The notes: a model not told the origin generated them from the letters alone. Counted from the stretch's first letter, positions 36,587-47,387 are shown. The stretch is DNA of 64,000 nucleotides from an uncultured delta proteobacterium (GCA_963769935.1 CAVYNY010000022.1:710941-774940); one strand, 5' to 3'. Numbers and translations: made by a program.

Positions 36587-37015
36587 ATTATCACCGGCCA
36601 GGGGATCGCGCAAAGCTCCAAAACGTCTCGGCCGCGGCGTAGGATCCGGCCGCGGTAAGACCGCCGGTCGCGGCACCAAGGGATTGAATTCCCGCTCCGG
36701 CGGAGGTGTCCGTCCCGGCTATGAAGGCGGTCAGATGCCGTTGCAGCGCCGTCTGCCCAAGCGTGGATTCACCAATAAATTCAAGAAAAATATCGTGGTA
36801 ATTAATATCCGGGATCTGGCAAAATTTGACAAGGGCAGTGTGGTGGACGCGGCGGCGCTGCTCAGGCGGGACTGGTCAAGGGCAAAAGAGACGGCAGTCA
36901 AGCTTCTGGGACATGGCGAAATCAAAATTCGCCTTGGATGTAAAAGTCAACTCAGCCAGCCAGAGTGCCAGGGAAAAAATTGAAGCAGCTGGCGGCAAGC
37001 GTAGAGGTATTATAA
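36573..37015 (+). CDS. rplO: 50S ribosomal protein L15 (several apparent indels in 3' half)
   Basis: [39 protein letters not shown]-terminal VKLLGHGE and [11 protein letters not shown] lie in shifting frames. Confidence 0.93.
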
Positions 37016-38331
37016 TGATCGGCAGCGGGTTCCAAAACATATTCAAAATACCCGAACTGAAAAAAAGAATTTTTTTCACGATGGCGCTTCTCGTTGTCTA
37101 TCGTATCGGCGTGCATGTGCCGGTGCCGGGTATCGACAGCATCGCGCTGGCTTCATTTTTCAAACAGGCTGAAGGGACCATCTTCGGAATTTTTAATATG
37201 TTTTCCGGGGGCGCTTTCCAAAAGCTTTCCGTGTTTGCCCTTGGCATTATGCCTTACATCAGTGCCTCGATTATCCTGCAGCTTCTGACGGTCGTAATTC
37301 CGCATCTCGAGCAGTTGAAAAAAGAAGGTGAACAGGGGCGCAAAAAGATCACCCAGTATACCCGTTACGGTACGGTGATCTTGAGCATTATTCAGGGATT
37401 CGGTATCAGTGTCGGTCTTGAAAGCATGACCTCACCCGGCGGTGCCCCCGTTGTCATGTTGCCGGGATGGGGATTCCGGTTGATGACCGTTATTACCCTG
37501 ACTGCCGGTACGGCCTTTATCATGTGGCTGGGCGAGCAGATCACCGAACGGGGCGTCGGCAACGGCATATCTTTGATTATATTTGCCGGAATCGTCTGCC
37601 GACTGCCGGCGGCAAGCTTCAATACCGGGCGTCTGTTATCGACCGGGGAGATGGGAATATTTGCGATATTAATTTTAGTCGTGTTAATGGTCGCAGTTGT
37701 CGCGTTTATCATTTTTGTCGAACAGGGACAGCGCCGCATCCCGGTGCAATATGCCAAACGGGTGGTCGGACGCAGAATGTATGGCGGCCAGAGCACCCAC
37801 CTTCCGTTGAAAATAAATACTTCCGGTGTCATTCCGCCGATTTTTGCTTCTTCAATTATTATGTTTCCGGCAACCATCGGCAGCTTTGTTAAAATAAGCT
37901 GGATTCAAAATATCACTGGTGCCATGCGGCCCGGCAATGTTGTTTACGAGCTGCTGTTTGTCGGATTTATATTTTTCTTTTGCTATTTTTACACTGCCGT
38001 CACCTTTAACCCGGTTGACGTCGCCGACAACATGAAAAAAGCGGGCGGGTATATTCCGGGTATCCGTCCGGGCAAGCGCACGGCAGATTATATCGATAAG
38101 GTGTTGACACGCATTACCCTGGGCGGTGCAATTTATGTTTCAGCAGTTTGCGTGCTCCCTTCGATTCTGATCACGAGATTCAACGTACCGTTTTATTTCG
38201 GCGGCACAGCCCTTTTGATCGTCGTTGGCGTGGCTATTGATACGGTAGCCCAGATGGAATCTCATATGTTGAGCCGGCATTATGAGGGTTTCTTAAAAAA
38301 GAGCGGTAGTAAAATGAAAGGGCGATATTAG
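37015..38331 (+). CDS. secY: Preprotein translocase subunit SecY
   Basis: [56 protein letters not shown] overlaps the rplO stop (TAATG). Confidence 0.98.
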   Translation: MIGSGFQNIFKIPELKKRIFFTMALLVVYRIGVHVPVPGIDSIALASFFKQAEGTIFGIFNMFSGGAFQKLSVFALGIMPYISASIILQLLTVVIPHLEQLKKEGEQGRKKITQYTRYGTVILSIIQGFGISVGLESMTSPGGAPVVMLPGWGFRLMTVITLTAGTAFIMWLGEQITERGVGNGISLIIFAGIVCRLPAASFNTGRLLSTGEMGIFAILILVVLMVAVVAFIIFVEQGQRRIPVQYAKRVVGRRMYGGQSTHLPLKINTSGVIPPIFASSIIMFPATIGSFVKISWIQNITGAMRPGNVVYELLFVGFIFFFCYFYTAVTFNPVDVADNMKKAGGYIPGIRPGKRTADYIDKVLTRITLGGAIYVSAVCVLPSILITRFNVPFYFGGTALLIVVGVAIDTVAQMESHMLSRHYEGFLKKSGSKMKGRY

Positions 38332-38333
38332 CT

Positions 38334-38552
38334 ATGGCGAAAGAAGAGGCCATTAAAGTGGAAGGCGTTGTGCTTGAGACTTTGCCGAATGCGATGTTTA
38401 AGGTAGAGCTGGAGAACAAGCACCAGGTGCTGGCGCATATCTCCGGCAAGATGCGCATGCACTTTATTAAAATTCTGCCAGGTGATAAAGTGACGGTTGA
38501 ATTGTCACCCTATGATCTTTCGCGCGGCCGAATAACCTACCGGTCAAAGTAA
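38334..38552 (+). CDS. infA: Translation initiation factor IF-1
   Basis: [32 protein letters not shown]. Confidence 0.98.
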   Translation: MAKEEAIKVEGVVLETLPNAMFKVELENKHQVLAHISGKMRMHFIKILPGDKVTVELSPYDLSRGRITYRSK

Positions 38553-38555
38553 GGA

Positions 38556-38734
38556 AATTGAAGATTGAATAATGAAAATTGAATATTTGAGGTTTTCAAT
38601 CTTCAATTATCAGGTGTTGTTGGCGGGACAAATTAAATTTTAACAAGCGACGGGATTATTTGATCCTTTTGAGAATATGGCACAAAATATAATAACGACA
38701 GCATTCCACAAATATTCAATATTCAATTTTCAAT
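38556..38734. repeat. Inverted heptamer-arm element (ATTGAAN)n...(TTCAATW)n between infA and rpmJ
   Basis: AATTGAA GATTGAA TAATGAA AATTGAA ... AACGACAGCATTCCACAAATA TTCAATA TTCAATT TTCAATA. Confidence 0.8.
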
Positions 38735-38750
38735 AAAATAGGAGTTTTAA

Positions 38751-38864
38751 ATGAAAGTCAGAGCATCGACCAAGAAGATTTGCCCCAAATGCAAGATCGT
38801 CAAAAGAAAAGGGGTCGTGCGGGTAATTTGCGAGAACAAGCGACACAAACAGAGACAGGGATAA
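38751..38864 (+). CDS. rpmJ: 50S ribosomal protein L36
   Basis: Manual translation [37 protein letters not shown]. Confidence 0.97.
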   Translation: MKVRASTKKICPKCKIVKRKGVVRVICENKRHKQRQG

Positions 38865-38877
38865 AGGAGGTTACGTT

Positions 38878-39264
38878 TTGGCAAGAATTGCAGGGGTTGA
38901 TTTACCCAGGAAAAAACGGATTGAAATTGGTCTGACCTATATATATGGGATCGGCAGAACGGCATCCCAGAATATACTTAGCCAGCTTCACATCGATCCT
39001 GAAACCAAAACCGATGATTTGACCGAAGAGCAGATTAACAATATCCGCAAGGCCATTGATAGCAACTATAAAGTGGAAGGTGAGCTCCGTACGGAGGTCT
39101 CATTGAACATTAAACGGTTGATGGATCTCGGCAGCTATCGGGGGCTTCGTCATCGGAAGGGGTTGCCGGCCAGAGGTCAGCGCACAAGCACCAATGCCCG
39201 CACCCGTAAGGGACCCAAACGGGCCGCAGTAAAGAAGAAGGGTGCCGCTACGAAGAAGAAGTAG
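38878..39264 (+). CDS. rpsM: 30S ribosomal protein S13
   Basis: [27 protein letters not shown]. Confidence 0.98.
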   Translation: MARIAGVDLPRKKRIEIGLTYIYGIGRTASQNILSQLHIDPETKTDDLTEEQINNIRKAIDSNYKVEGELRTEVSLNIKRLMDLGSYRGLRHRKGLPARGQRTSTNARTRKGPKRAAVKKKGAATKKK

Positions 39265-39392
39265 CTTCTGGTGATTTCGGATTTAGGAATTCGGATTGCG
39301 GATTATTTGAAGGAAGAATATCGTTTTTATAACCTGTCATCTTTAAAAAAATGGTGACTGCCCAAACTATAGATTTATTGCAGGGAAAATTC

Positions 39393-39779
39393 ATGGCTAA
39401 AAAAACGCGGATTAAAAAAAAGGTAAAAAAGAACGTCTCCAATGGTGTGGTTCATATTCAATCGACATTTAACAACACGATTGTGACGATAACCGATTCG
39501 GTGGGAAATGTTGTTTCCTGGTCAAGTGCCGGTGCTCAGGGATTCAAGGGATCACGCAAAAGCACCCCCTTTGCTGCTCAGATGGCAGCTCAGGACGCTG
39601 CTAAAAAGGCCATGGAACATGGAATGAGAACTGTGGAAGTTTATGTCAAAGGACCCGGCCCCGGGAGGGAATCTGCTCTGCGAGCCCTTCAGACCACCGG
39701 GTTCAACGTTGTGACCATCAAAGATGTGACTCCCATTCCTCACAATGGTTGTCGTCCACCGAAACGACGCAGGGTTTAA
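39393..39779 (+). CDS. rpsK: 30S ribosomal protein S11
   Basis: [39 protein letters not shown]. Confidence 0.99.
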   Translation: MAKKTRIKKKVKKNVSNGVVHIQSTFNNTIVTITDSVGNVVSWSSAGAQGFKGSRKSTPFAAQMAAQDAAKKAMEHGMRTVEVYVKGPGPGRESALRALQTTGFNVVTIKDVTPIPHNGCRPPKRRRV

Positions 39780-39780
39780 T

Positions 39781-39838
39781 AGTTAATTGTTATTTGTTAA
39801 GGGTTATTCGAATAACCAATAACAAATAGCTGATAACT
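39781..39838. repeat. Compact inverted heptamer element with almost no spacer, between rpsK and rpsD
   Basis: AGTTAAT TGTTATT TGTTAAG GGTTATT CG AATAACC AATAACA AATAGCT GATAACT. Confidence 0.8.
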
Positions 39839-39861
39839 TCAGTAATACAGGGAGGAAAAAT

Positions 39862-40491
39862 TTGGCACGATATACAGATTCCGTTTGTCGGCATTGCCGA
39901 CGGGAAAATCTAAAACTCTTTCTTAAGGGCGATCGCTGTTATTCGGATAAGTGTGCCTTTGATCGTCGGGGATATCCGCCGGGAGAGCATGGCGAGCGCC
40001 GCAGCCGAAAACTGTCGGACTACGGTATCCAGCTGCGTGAGAAGCAAAAAGTAAAGCGGATGTACGGTCTTTCTGAAAAGCAATTTCATTTGTTTTTTGA
40101 ACGGGCGGATCGTCAGAAAGGCATCACCGGCACCAATCTGCTTGTCTTGCTGGAGCGTCGTCTGGACAACGTCGTCTATCGGTTGGGTTTTGCCAACTCG
40201 CGGGCCCAGGCCCGGCAATATGTTCTCCATAAGCACTTTTTGATTAACGGAAAACGGGTCAACATTCCGTCTTTTCTGGTCAAAATCGGCGATACTGTCG
40301 AGGTGCGCGAAAAAAGCAAAAAGATACAGTCGCTGCAGGACTCAATGGATGCGGTGGTTCGCAGAGGTGTTCCCCAATGGCTTGATCTCGAAAAAGATGC
40401 CATGAAAGGCAACATAAAGGGATTTCCGGTGCGTGAAGATCTCACCATGCCGATGCAGGAACAGCTCATCGTTGAGCTTTACTCCAAATAA
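39862..40491 (+). CDS. rpsD: 30S ribosomal protein S4
   Basis: [29 protein letters not shown]. Confidence 0.98.
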   Translation: MARYTDSVCRHCRRENLKLFLKGDRCYSDKCAFDRRGYPPGEHGERRSRKLSDYGIQLREKQKVKRMYGLSEKQFHLFFERADRQKGITGTNLLVLLERRLDNVVYRLGFANSRAQARQYVLHKHFLINGKRVNIPSFLVKIGDTVEVREKSKKIQSLQDSMDAVVRRGVPQWLDLEKDAMKGNIKGFPVREDLTMPMQEQLIVELYSK

Positions 40492-40714
40492 TATTTACCA
40501 ACTCGTTTTTATCGGGTTGTCGTTAGCGGGTTATGGGATTCCAGGTTCAGAGGTTCAAGGATCGACGTCGAAGAATGGCCGACGGTTTCTGAGGAGTGAG
40601 GGCCAAACGCCGGAAAGTTGAACCTGATGCCGCCTGTCGTTTTTGCTACCGGGGCCTGAGTGACCGCAGATTGCGGTCGAAAAATCAAAACCTGAAATAG
40701 TCAGGAGATTAAAA

Positions 40715-41734
40715 ATGCCGTCAGAGGACCTTATGTACATGAACTGGCAAGAAATGATGATGCCAGAAAAAGTTCAGGTTACCAGCAATCCATCCTATGG
40801 GAAATTTGTTTGTGAACCACTTGAAAGAGGCTTTGGGATTACAATTGGCAACTCGCTGAGAAGAATCATTCTTTCTTCTTTGTATGGTGCCGCCATTGTG
40901 TCGGTAAAATTTGATGCAGTGATGCATGAATTTAGTGCTATCCCAGGCATTCTGGAAGACGTTTCCGAGATTATTTTGAATTTAAAAGAAGTGCGATTCA
41001 AGGTTGCCGATCCGGAACCCAAGATGGTGCACATTGATACAAGCGGTGAAAAAGAAGTCATGGCCGGCGATATTATCAGCGACGACGGCAGATGCGAAGT
41101 GCTCAACCCCAAGCAGCATATCGCCACGCTTTCCGATCAAGCGGTTCTCAAAATGGAGATGAAAGTTCAGATCGGCAAAGGCTATTCGCTGGCTGAAGCC
41201 AACAAGGATGAGGATGCACCGGCAGGAACCATACCGATTGATTCCGTTTTCTCACCGATCAAGCGCGTTAACTTCACGGTTGGAAACGCCCGGGTTGGCC
41301 AGCGCACCGACTATGATAAACTTACTCTGGAAATCTGGACGGACGGCAGTATTGTGCCGGAGGATGCGGTGGCCTATTCGGCCAAAATTTTAAAAGAGCA
41401 GATGTCAATGTTTATCAACTTTGATGAAAAGGCTGAACCCAAGCAGCCCAAAAAGGCCGAAGACCGGGAGTCACCGGACTTTAATGAAAACCTTTACCGC
41501 AGTGTTGAAGAGCTTGAGCTTTCCGTCCGCAGTGCGAATTGCTTGAAAAATGCAGATATTAACAAAATTTATCAACTGGTCAGCAAAACTGAAGCGGAAA
41601 TGTTGAAAACAAAAAATTTTGGCCGAAAATCACTGAATGAGATCAAAGAAGTATTATCTGAAATGGGCCTTTCGCTTGGGATGAAGCTTGAAGGGTTTAC
41701 GCCGTCCGAGGAAGAAACTGAAGAAGGAGAGTAG
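40715..41734 (+). CDS. rpoA: DNA-directed RNA polymerase subunit alpha
   Basis: [47 protein letters not shown]. Confidence 0.99.
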   Translation: MPSEDLMYMNWQEMMMPEKVQVTSNPSYGKFVCEPLERGFGITIGNSLRRIILSSLYGAAIVSVKFDAVMHEFSAIPGILEDVSEIILNLKEVRFKVADPEPKMVHIDTSGEKEVMAGDIISDDGRCEVLNPKQHIATLSDQAVLKMEMKVQIGKGYSLAEANKDEDAPAGTIPIDSVFSPIKRVNFTVGNARVGQRTDYDKLTLEIWTDGSIVPEDAVAYSAKILKEQMSMFINFDEKAEPKQPKKAEDRESPDFNENLYRSVEELELSVRSANCLKNADINKIYQLVSKTEAEMLKTKNFGRKSLNEIKEVLSEMGLSLGMKLEGFTPSEEETEEGE

Positions 41735-41742
41735 GCAGCGCT

Positions 41743-42579
41743 ATGAGACATCGTAAAGCCGGAATAAAACTGAATCGAACCACTAGTCATCGCAATGCCA
41801 TGTTCAGAAACATGGTGACTTCATTGCTTAAATATGATCGTATCCAGACCACCGAGACCAAAGCTAAAGAACTCAGGCGCTGGGCGGATTACTTGGTTAC
41901 ATTGGCCAAGCGGGGTGACTTGCACGCCAGGCGTCAGGCCCTTGCCATTGTGAGAGAAAAAGAGGTTGTGCACAAATTATTTGAAAATGCTGCCGAGCGG
42001 TTTGGTGCAATTGCCGGCGGCTATACCCGAGTCGTTAAACTGGGAAGGCGGCCGGGCGATGCCGCGCCGGTATCGCTGATTGAACTGGTGGTGTCGCAGG
42101 ACACCCCAACGAAGAAAACCAAAAAGAAAAAAACTAAAGCCAAGGCGGCACCCCCGAAAGCGGCCGATGATAAAAAAGCCGCGGCCGAGGAGAAGACGGA
42201 AAAAGGCGAGGACCAGAAGCCGGCAAAAACCGCCAAAGCAAAAGGTGCTGCGGCTGGAAAAGCGGCCAAGTCCGGAGTGAAGACCCAGAAGACGGCTAAG
42301 GCCAAAGCCGAACCCAAGGAAGCGGGCGATGCGGAGGCGGAAAAACCTGCTGCCAAGGAGCCTCCGAAAAAGAAAGCCACCACCAAAAAAGCAGATAAAA
42401 CGGATGCGGACACGGAAGATACAGCTGGGATGAAAACCGGCGAGGCCGCGAAGGAAGATAAGGCTGAAAAAACGGCCAAGGCTGCTCCCGAAAAAAAGGC
42501 CGCGGCTAAAAAAGAGGACGCCCCCGATTCCGCGAAAAAAAAGGAAGCGAAACCCAAAAACATCGAAGAAGACAAGTAG
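41743..42579 (+). CDS. rplQ: 50S ribosomal protein L17 with ~160-aa Lys/Ala/Glu-rich C-terminal tail
   Basis: [32 protein letters not shown], followed by low-complexity tail. Confidence 0.97.
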   Translation: MRHRKAGIKLNRTTSHRNAMFRNMVTSLLKYDRIQTTETKAKELRRWADYLVTLAKRGDLHARRQALAIVREKEVVHKLFENAAERFGAIAGGYTRVVKLGRRPGDAAPVSLIELVVSQDTPTKKTKKKKTKAKAAPPKAADDKKAAAEEKTEKGEDQKPAKTAKAKGAAAGKAAKSGVKTQKTAKAKAEPKEAGDAEAEKPAAKEPPKKKATTKKADKTDADTEDTAGMKTGEAAKEDKAEKTAKAAPEKKAAAKKEDAPDSAKKKEAKPKNIEEDK

Positions 42580-42622
42580 CCTCCAACCGTTGGTTCATAT
42601 TCGTTTGAAGGCTGAGCAAATA

Positions 42623-42661
42623 AAAGCCCCGTCGCTGATGCGACGGGGCTTTCTGTTGTTT
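42623..42661 (+). terminator. Rho-independent terminator of the alpha operon
   Basis: AAAGCCCCGTCGC-TGAT-GCGACGGGGCTTT followed by CTGTTGTTT. Confidence 0.85.
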
Positions 42662-42751
42662 GGTTGAAATGCCTGCCATTTGGGATAGATCGAAAATTAC
42701 CGGCATAACCTATTTTTTAATAAAAATGATTAGCGTCCATAATTTTAGGCA

Positions 42752-43015
42752 TTTTAGTGCATTTTAGGCACTTTAGACATTTTTTCTAAAGCCTCCTTCG
42801 CCGCTTCTTTCACTTCTGCGTTATATTCTCCGGCCAGCACCTCTTCCAGCCATGCTGCGCCCGGCGGTCACCGATTTTCCCGAACATATAGAGAATATCT
42901 CCTTTCACCTGGTCGGGCTGCCGGTGAAATCCTTCCCATAAGAAGTTGATTACTTCGGCTGCCATGGTGCGGCCGCGGCCGGTTATTTCTGCCACCACCC
43001 GCAACGCGCACCGCG
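42752..43015 (-). pseudogene. Truncated, frameshifted HEAT-repeat-like protein fragment
   Basis: RVVAEITGRGRTMAAEVINFLWEGFHRQPDQVKGDILYMFGKIGDRRA / AWLEEVLAGEYNAEVKEAAKEALEK. No upstream coding continuation; 3' end runs into 9-bp TTTTAGGCA repeats (42743-42784). Confidence 0.45.
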
Positions 43016-43102
43016 AAACCTATGGAGAGCCAAAGGTCATTGACTAATCGCTTTTGACGGTGATATGGTTCATTTCTCAAATAGGAGAAAGGAGAAAAAC
43101 CG

Positions 43103-43606
43103 ATGAATACCTCAAAAATCCTGCAGGATAAGATTGTGCTGATGGTCGATGATGAGGTGGATGTGACGGATACCGTGAGCGAAGTCCTGGATATGTGCTT
43201 GGTCCGCACGGCGAATGATTACGATACGGCGCGTCAATACTTGATGAGCTACACCTTTGATATCGTTATTCTGGATATCATGGGGGTAAACGGCTTCGAG
43301 CTCTTGAAAATTTCCGTCAAACGCGGCTTTCCTACCGTCATGCTGACGGCCTATGCCTTGACGCCCGAAGCCCTCGAAAGATCCATCAAACTGGGAGCGG
43401 TCTCCTTTTTACCAAAGGAAAAAATGAGCGAGTTGGATGATTTCATCGCAGATGTTGTCCTCAAAGGCGGTCAACCGGTGTGGGGAAAACTTTTTGACAA
43501 GCTTGGCGGCTTTTTTAATAAACACTTTGGACCGGACTGGAAAGAACGCAACAAATTTTTCGAGGAATTTGAAAAAACCATTCTGCTGCAAAAGAATGAG
43601 AAATAG
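43103..43606 (+). CDS. Single-domain response regulator (receiver plus short aromatic tail)
   Basis: VDDE, ILDIMG, MLTA, LPK; no DNA-binding domain. Confidence 0.88.
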   Translation: MNTSKILQDKIVLMVDDEVDVTDTVSEVLDMCLVRTANDYDTARQYLMSYTFDIVILDIMGVNGFELLKISVKRGFPTVMLTAYALTPEALERSIKLGAVSFLPKEKMSELDDFIADVVLKGGQPVWGKLFDKLGGFFNKHFGPDWKERNKFFEEFEKTILLQKNEK

Positions 43607-43644
43607 TAGATTAACTCAAGACGCAAATGCACACCAAACACTAA

Positions 43645-43800
43645 GGGTTCACGAAAAAATTAGTTCACAATTTTAGGCGTTGCGGCGCCCGGCTGGCAAG
43701 GCGCGAAAACGCAGGAATATCTGGATATTCCGAGCTTTCGCAACGCAGCCAGACGGGATGCAGCGGCGTATAAAATGTGAAGTTATTTTTGAGTGAGCCC
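43645..43800. mobile_element. MITE-like 156-bp palindromic element flanked by TAA
   Basis: Ends GGGTTCAC...GTGAGCCC with ~32-bp imperfect TIRs; central GGAATATC-TG-GATATTCC; TAA at 43642-43644 and 43801-43803; no ORF. Confidence 0.7.
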
Positions 43801-43891
43801 TAAGCACAAAATAACAGACACGCTGGCTGATACAAGCTCAGCAACCCCAGCGTTATGGCCGGCTTAAATTGCCGGGGAGGTCTACCAAAAC

Positions 43892-44803
43892 TTGCCTGTC
43901 TCAAAGCTGTTACCCCTTCCTGAAACCATCCAGCGGTTTGTTCCCGACGGCAGTTCGGTCGCCCTGGGACTTTCGCTTGAATCTCTCATACCTTTTGCCG
44001 CCGCCCATGAGATTATCCGGCAGCACAAAAAAAATCTCACTTTAATCGGACCGATATCCGATATTTTGTTTGATCAGGTTATTGGCGGCGGATGCGTGCG
44101 GCATGTCCGGGCGGCGTGGGTTGGAAATGTCATCACGGGCTCCTGCTACAATTTTCGTCGGGAAATCGAGACCGGCTGCCTCGCAATAGAGGACCACTCC
44201 AATCTAACCCTGGCCATGGCGCTTCGCGCCGGCGCCATGGGAGTTCCCTTTATGCCCGCCCGCACAGCGCTGGGCAGTGATCTGTTTAAGACCAATACTG
44301 CTTTGAAAACGATAATCTGCCCCTTTACCGGTGATCGGCTGACTGCTGTAGCGGCAATCACCCCCGATGTTGCCATCGTTCATGTTCAGCGTTCGGATGA
44401 ATATGGCAATGCCCACGCCTGGGGCAACCTGGGAGTAGCCCGTGACGCCTGTCTGGCCAGCCGCCGGGTTATCATTACGGCTGAAGAAATAGTGTCTGCG
44501 GATTTAATCAGCCGTGATCCCAACCGCGTGATAACGCCCGGGTTTCGTGTCAGTGCCGTGGTTCATTCCCCGTGGGGAGGACACCCGTCCCCGGTACCGG
44601 GCTGCTATAACCGTGATCATCAGGCCTTTATCGACTATCGCGACGAGAGCCAAACTCCGGCGCTGTTTGCGGATTGGCAGAAACGCTGGGTGGACGGCAT
44701 CCGCGGTCCTCAGGAGTACTTGGATTTGCTGGGTCAGGAACGGTTGGAAGGGTTGACCATAAAAAATCATGATTGGTCGGAACCGGTTGATTATGGATAT
44801 TAA
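43892..44803 (+). CDS. CoA-transferase subunit A (glutaconate CoA-transferase GctA-like)
   Basis: PFAAAHEIIRQ, LRAGAMGVPFMP, PDVAIVHVQRSDEYGNA, IITAEEIV, GGHPS; TTG start. Confidence 0.88.
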   Translation: MPVSKLLPLPETIQRFVPDGSSVALGLSLESLIPFAAAHEIIRQHKKNLTLIGPISDILFDQVIGGGCVRHVRAAWVGNVITGSCYNFRREIETGCLAIEDHSNLTLAMALRAGAMGVPFMPARTALGSDLFKTNTALKTIICPFTGDRLTAVAAITPDVAIVHVQRSDEYGNAHAWGNLGVARDACLASRRVIITAEEIVSADLISRDPNRVITPGFRVSAVVHSPWGGHPSPVPGCYNRDHQAFIDYRDESQTPALFADWQKRWVDGIRGPQEYLDLLGQERLEGLTIKNHDWSEPVDYGY

Positions 44804-44804
44804 C

Positions 44805-45197
44805 GGGGTGCGGGTTGCGCGTTGCGGGTTGCGGGGTATTCGATTGCGGATTTTGGATTGAAAAGACTTGAGTGCCAAGTTGCGGATTGCGAGTGGGGCG
44901 CCCGGGCGTGCCGGTTCATAGCTAATAGCTGATAGTTGATAGATGATAGTTCATTGTTGATAGTTGAGGGTTGGCAGCGTAGGGAGCATAGACTGGGGTA
45001 TCTGATATAAGGTTTAAGGTGTACGGTGTAAACGATTTTGACAGTGGGAGCGGTTTTTAACCGCGATTAACTCGGTCTGGCAGATACCTATGGTCGTGGC
45101 TGCAACCCAATCCTACTAAAAGTCAATCATCGTTTTTTTAGGATCAGATATCCTATAACCTGTACTTAACCCGTAACCCGCAACCCGTAACGCGCAA
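44805..45197. repeat. Nested composite of several heptamer arrays around a REP-doublet-like core
   Basis: Outer (GGTTGCG)n / (YAACCCG)n arms; inner GATTGCG, TGATAGT and TAAGGTK arrays; central GTGGGAGCGGTTTTTAACCGCGA ... TCGTGGCTGCAACCCAATCCTAC (45044-45116). Confidence 0.75.
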
Positions 45198-45247
45198 CAG
45201 ACGGCCCAGACAATTAGAAGTTGCCTTAATTGAAGAGAATAAAATTT

Positions 45248-46024
45248 ATGCACAACCACCCTAAAAGCTATAATCCCTCCCTGCTGATGATTACGGCGGC
45301 CGCTCGGGAAATTGCCGATGGAGAGGTGGTTTTTGTCGGCATGCGCCTGCCCCTGCTCGGTTTTCTGCTGGCCAAAAGCACCCATGCGCCTGAAGCCATA
45401 GGGGTTTATGAGTTGGGCATTGTGCGCAATACGGTTGCGCCGGAACCGATTTTGACCATGGGAGATTTGCCGAACCTGCACCGCGCCCAGTGGCTGGCCG
45501 ACACGGCCGACGCCATGGGATTGCTGCAGCAGGGAGGGGTGGATGTCAGTTTTATCGGCGGGGCCCAGGTGGATCGTTTCGGCAATCTAAATACCAGCTA
45601 TATCGGAGGCATCGAAAAAATCGAAACCCGCCTGCCGGGCAGCGGCGGCGCGTGTGATCTGGCCTGCCTGGGAAAGCGGCATATCATAATCATGAACCAC
45701 CAAAAAAGACGCTTTGTCCCCAGGGTGGACTATATAACTTCCCCCGGTTACGGCAATGGTGCCGGCTGGCGCGTTCAGATGGGTCTTCCAAGGGGGGGAC
45801 CCGCTGCCGTCATTACCACGCTTGGTGTATTGCGCTTTGATCCGGCTACCTGTGAAATGGTCCTCAGCGCAACTCACCCCGGAGTGACCGTCGAGCAAGT
45901 CTGTCAAAACACGGGGTGGCCCCTAAAGGTTGCCGATGACTTGGCTGTGACGCCGGCGCCAACCTCAAAAGAACTGGAAATGATCCGACGATTTGATCCC
46001 GCGGGGTACTGGTCAGGGGACTGA
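45248..46024 (+). CDS. CoA-transferase subunit B (GctB-like)
   Basis: VFVGMRLP, VYELG (putative catalytic Glu), GGAQVDRFGNLN, RLPGSGGACD, VDYITSPG. Confidence 0.88.
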   Translation: MHNHPKSYNPSLLMITAAAREIADGEVVFVGMRLPLLGFLLAKSTHAPEAIGVYELGIVRNTVAPEPILTMGDLPNLHRAQWLADTADAMGLLQQGGVDVSFIGGAQVDRFGNLNTSYIGGIEKIETRLPGSGGACDLACLGKRHIIIMNHQKRRFVPRVDYITSPGYGNGAGWRVQMGLPRGGPAAVITTLGVLRFDPATCEMVLSATHPGVTVEQVCQNTGWPLKVADDLAVTPAPTSKELEMIRRFDPAGYWSGD

Positions 46025-46195
46025 CAGATTGACGAATGACAAATGACAAATGACGAATGGCAAATTGAGGATTTTAATCTTTAGGATTTTCTCTTGAAAT
46101 AGAAAACATTGATGTGATATAGCCACAAATATTTAAACGCTCTTTGGAAAATGAATGGGTTTTAGGGTAAACGGTTGAACTACTAAAAGGAGGTT

Positions 46196-47284
46196 GTGAT
46201 GAAAATGAAACGGTTATCATCTTGCGTGACACTCGTGCTCGTCGTCTTCTGTCTGGTCGTAGGTCCGGCTTTGGCTGCCGGCCCATCCCTGGATGCCTGG
46301 AAACCCGCCTTCGATCCGTCGGGTGCCAAATATAAATTTATCGTCTCCAATGTTTCTCACCCGGTGTTGAAAGGGGTATACGCCGGTTTTGCCATTCGGG
46401 ATGAACTCTGGAAGCGCACCAACGGACAAATGTATCTGGATTACAAACCTTTTTCCATGCTGGGCGGCGAGGTCGAGGTGCTTAACCAGCTGCAAATGGG
46501 AGCCATCCAGGGCATGGCGGTCAGTTCGGTCGCGTCAACCAACCTTGGACCGCGTTTTGGCTTGGTAAACCTTCCGTTTTTGATTGATTCCTTTGAAAAA
46601 TTGGACAAATTCGTCCACAGCGGCAAGCTATTTGATCATTTTTTGATGGCCATGGATCATCAGGGCATCATGGGTGTCGATATCTGCAGCTATGGTAATT
46701 ACGGTTGGGCAACGACCGTGCCGGTCAGGGACATCGCCGATGCCAAAAAAGTTAAATTCCGCATCGCCGAAGCTGCCGTGAACAAGCTGACCTACCAGGC
46801 CTGGGGCTTTAACCCGGTTGTCATGCCGTGGCCCGATGTCCCCGTAGCCTTGAAGCAGGGCGTTATCACCGGTCTGGACCATACCCTGACGGTCTGCAGT
46901 ATTACCAAGAAATTCGAGGTGGCCAAGTATTTCACCGAGGTGAATTATGCCCAGGGTCTTTTTATCTGGATTTTCAACAAGACCTGGTTCAACAGTCTGC
47001 CGGCCGATCTTCAGAAAACCCTTGTTGCAACGGTGAAAGATGCCTGTGCCCAAGCGCGGGTCGCCGCCAAACAGCAGGAGCTGGAACAACGCCAGATTGC
47101 CCAGAAGGATTACGGTGTCGAATTCTTTCAATTGTCCCCAGCCGACATGCAGACCCTTACCAAAGAAGCAGATTCAGTCCATAAAAAATTTGCTCCGGAA
47201 ATCAACGAACTTTACAGCAGCGATCAGTACCGGCCGAAAGATTACCTGAAGGAAGTACAGGATTACATGGGCTATAAACCGTAA
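46196..47284 (+). CDS. TRAP transporter substrate-binding protein (DctP family)
   Basis: Signal peptide ending ALA; LGGEVEVLNQLQMG, KFRIA, PVVMPWPDVPVALKQGVITGLD. Confidence 0.9.
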   Translation: MMKMKRLSSCVTLVLVVFCLVVGPALAAGPSLDAWKPAFDPSGAKYKFIVSNVSHPVLKGVYAGFAIRDELWKRTNGQMYLDYKPFSMLGGEVEVLNQLQMGAIQGMAVSSVASTNLGPRFGLVNLPFLIDSFEKLDKFVHSGKLFDHFLMAMDHQGIMGVDICSYGNYGWATTVPVRDIADAKKVKFRIAEAAVNKLTYQAWGFNPVVMPWPDVPVALKQGVITGLDHTLTVCSITKKFEVAKYFTEVNYAQGLFIWIFNKTWFNSLPADLQKTLVATVKDACAQARVAAKQQELEQRQIAQKDYGVEFFQLSPADMQTLTKEADSVHKKFAPEINELYSSDQYRPKDYLKEVQDYMGYKP

Positions 47285-47387
47285 ATTTCGGAGTCAGCTG
47301 TTTATTTTTGCATAAGCTTTACCGAAGGGGGGCTTAATAAGCCCCCTGTTGTTCTTCTGTAAAGGTTGTTCGCTGAGGGCTTCATCC

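Noticed and set aside
36826..37014. Apparent N-terminal extensions of SecY (from 36826), L1 (from 13381), EF-Tu (from 25608) and L5 (from 33065)
   Set aside because: ORF-caller artefacts from upstream in-frame starts running through repeats or neighbouring genes. Conserved starts lie downstream.
38331..38334. adk and map absent between secY and infA
   Set aside because: Presence of these genes in the spc operon varies widely among bacteria; not notable alone.
44805..45197. Repeat-rich spacers as a CRISPR array
   Set aside because: Units are 7-9 bp and directly tandem, there is no 23-47 bp repeat with unique spacers, and no cas genes are present.
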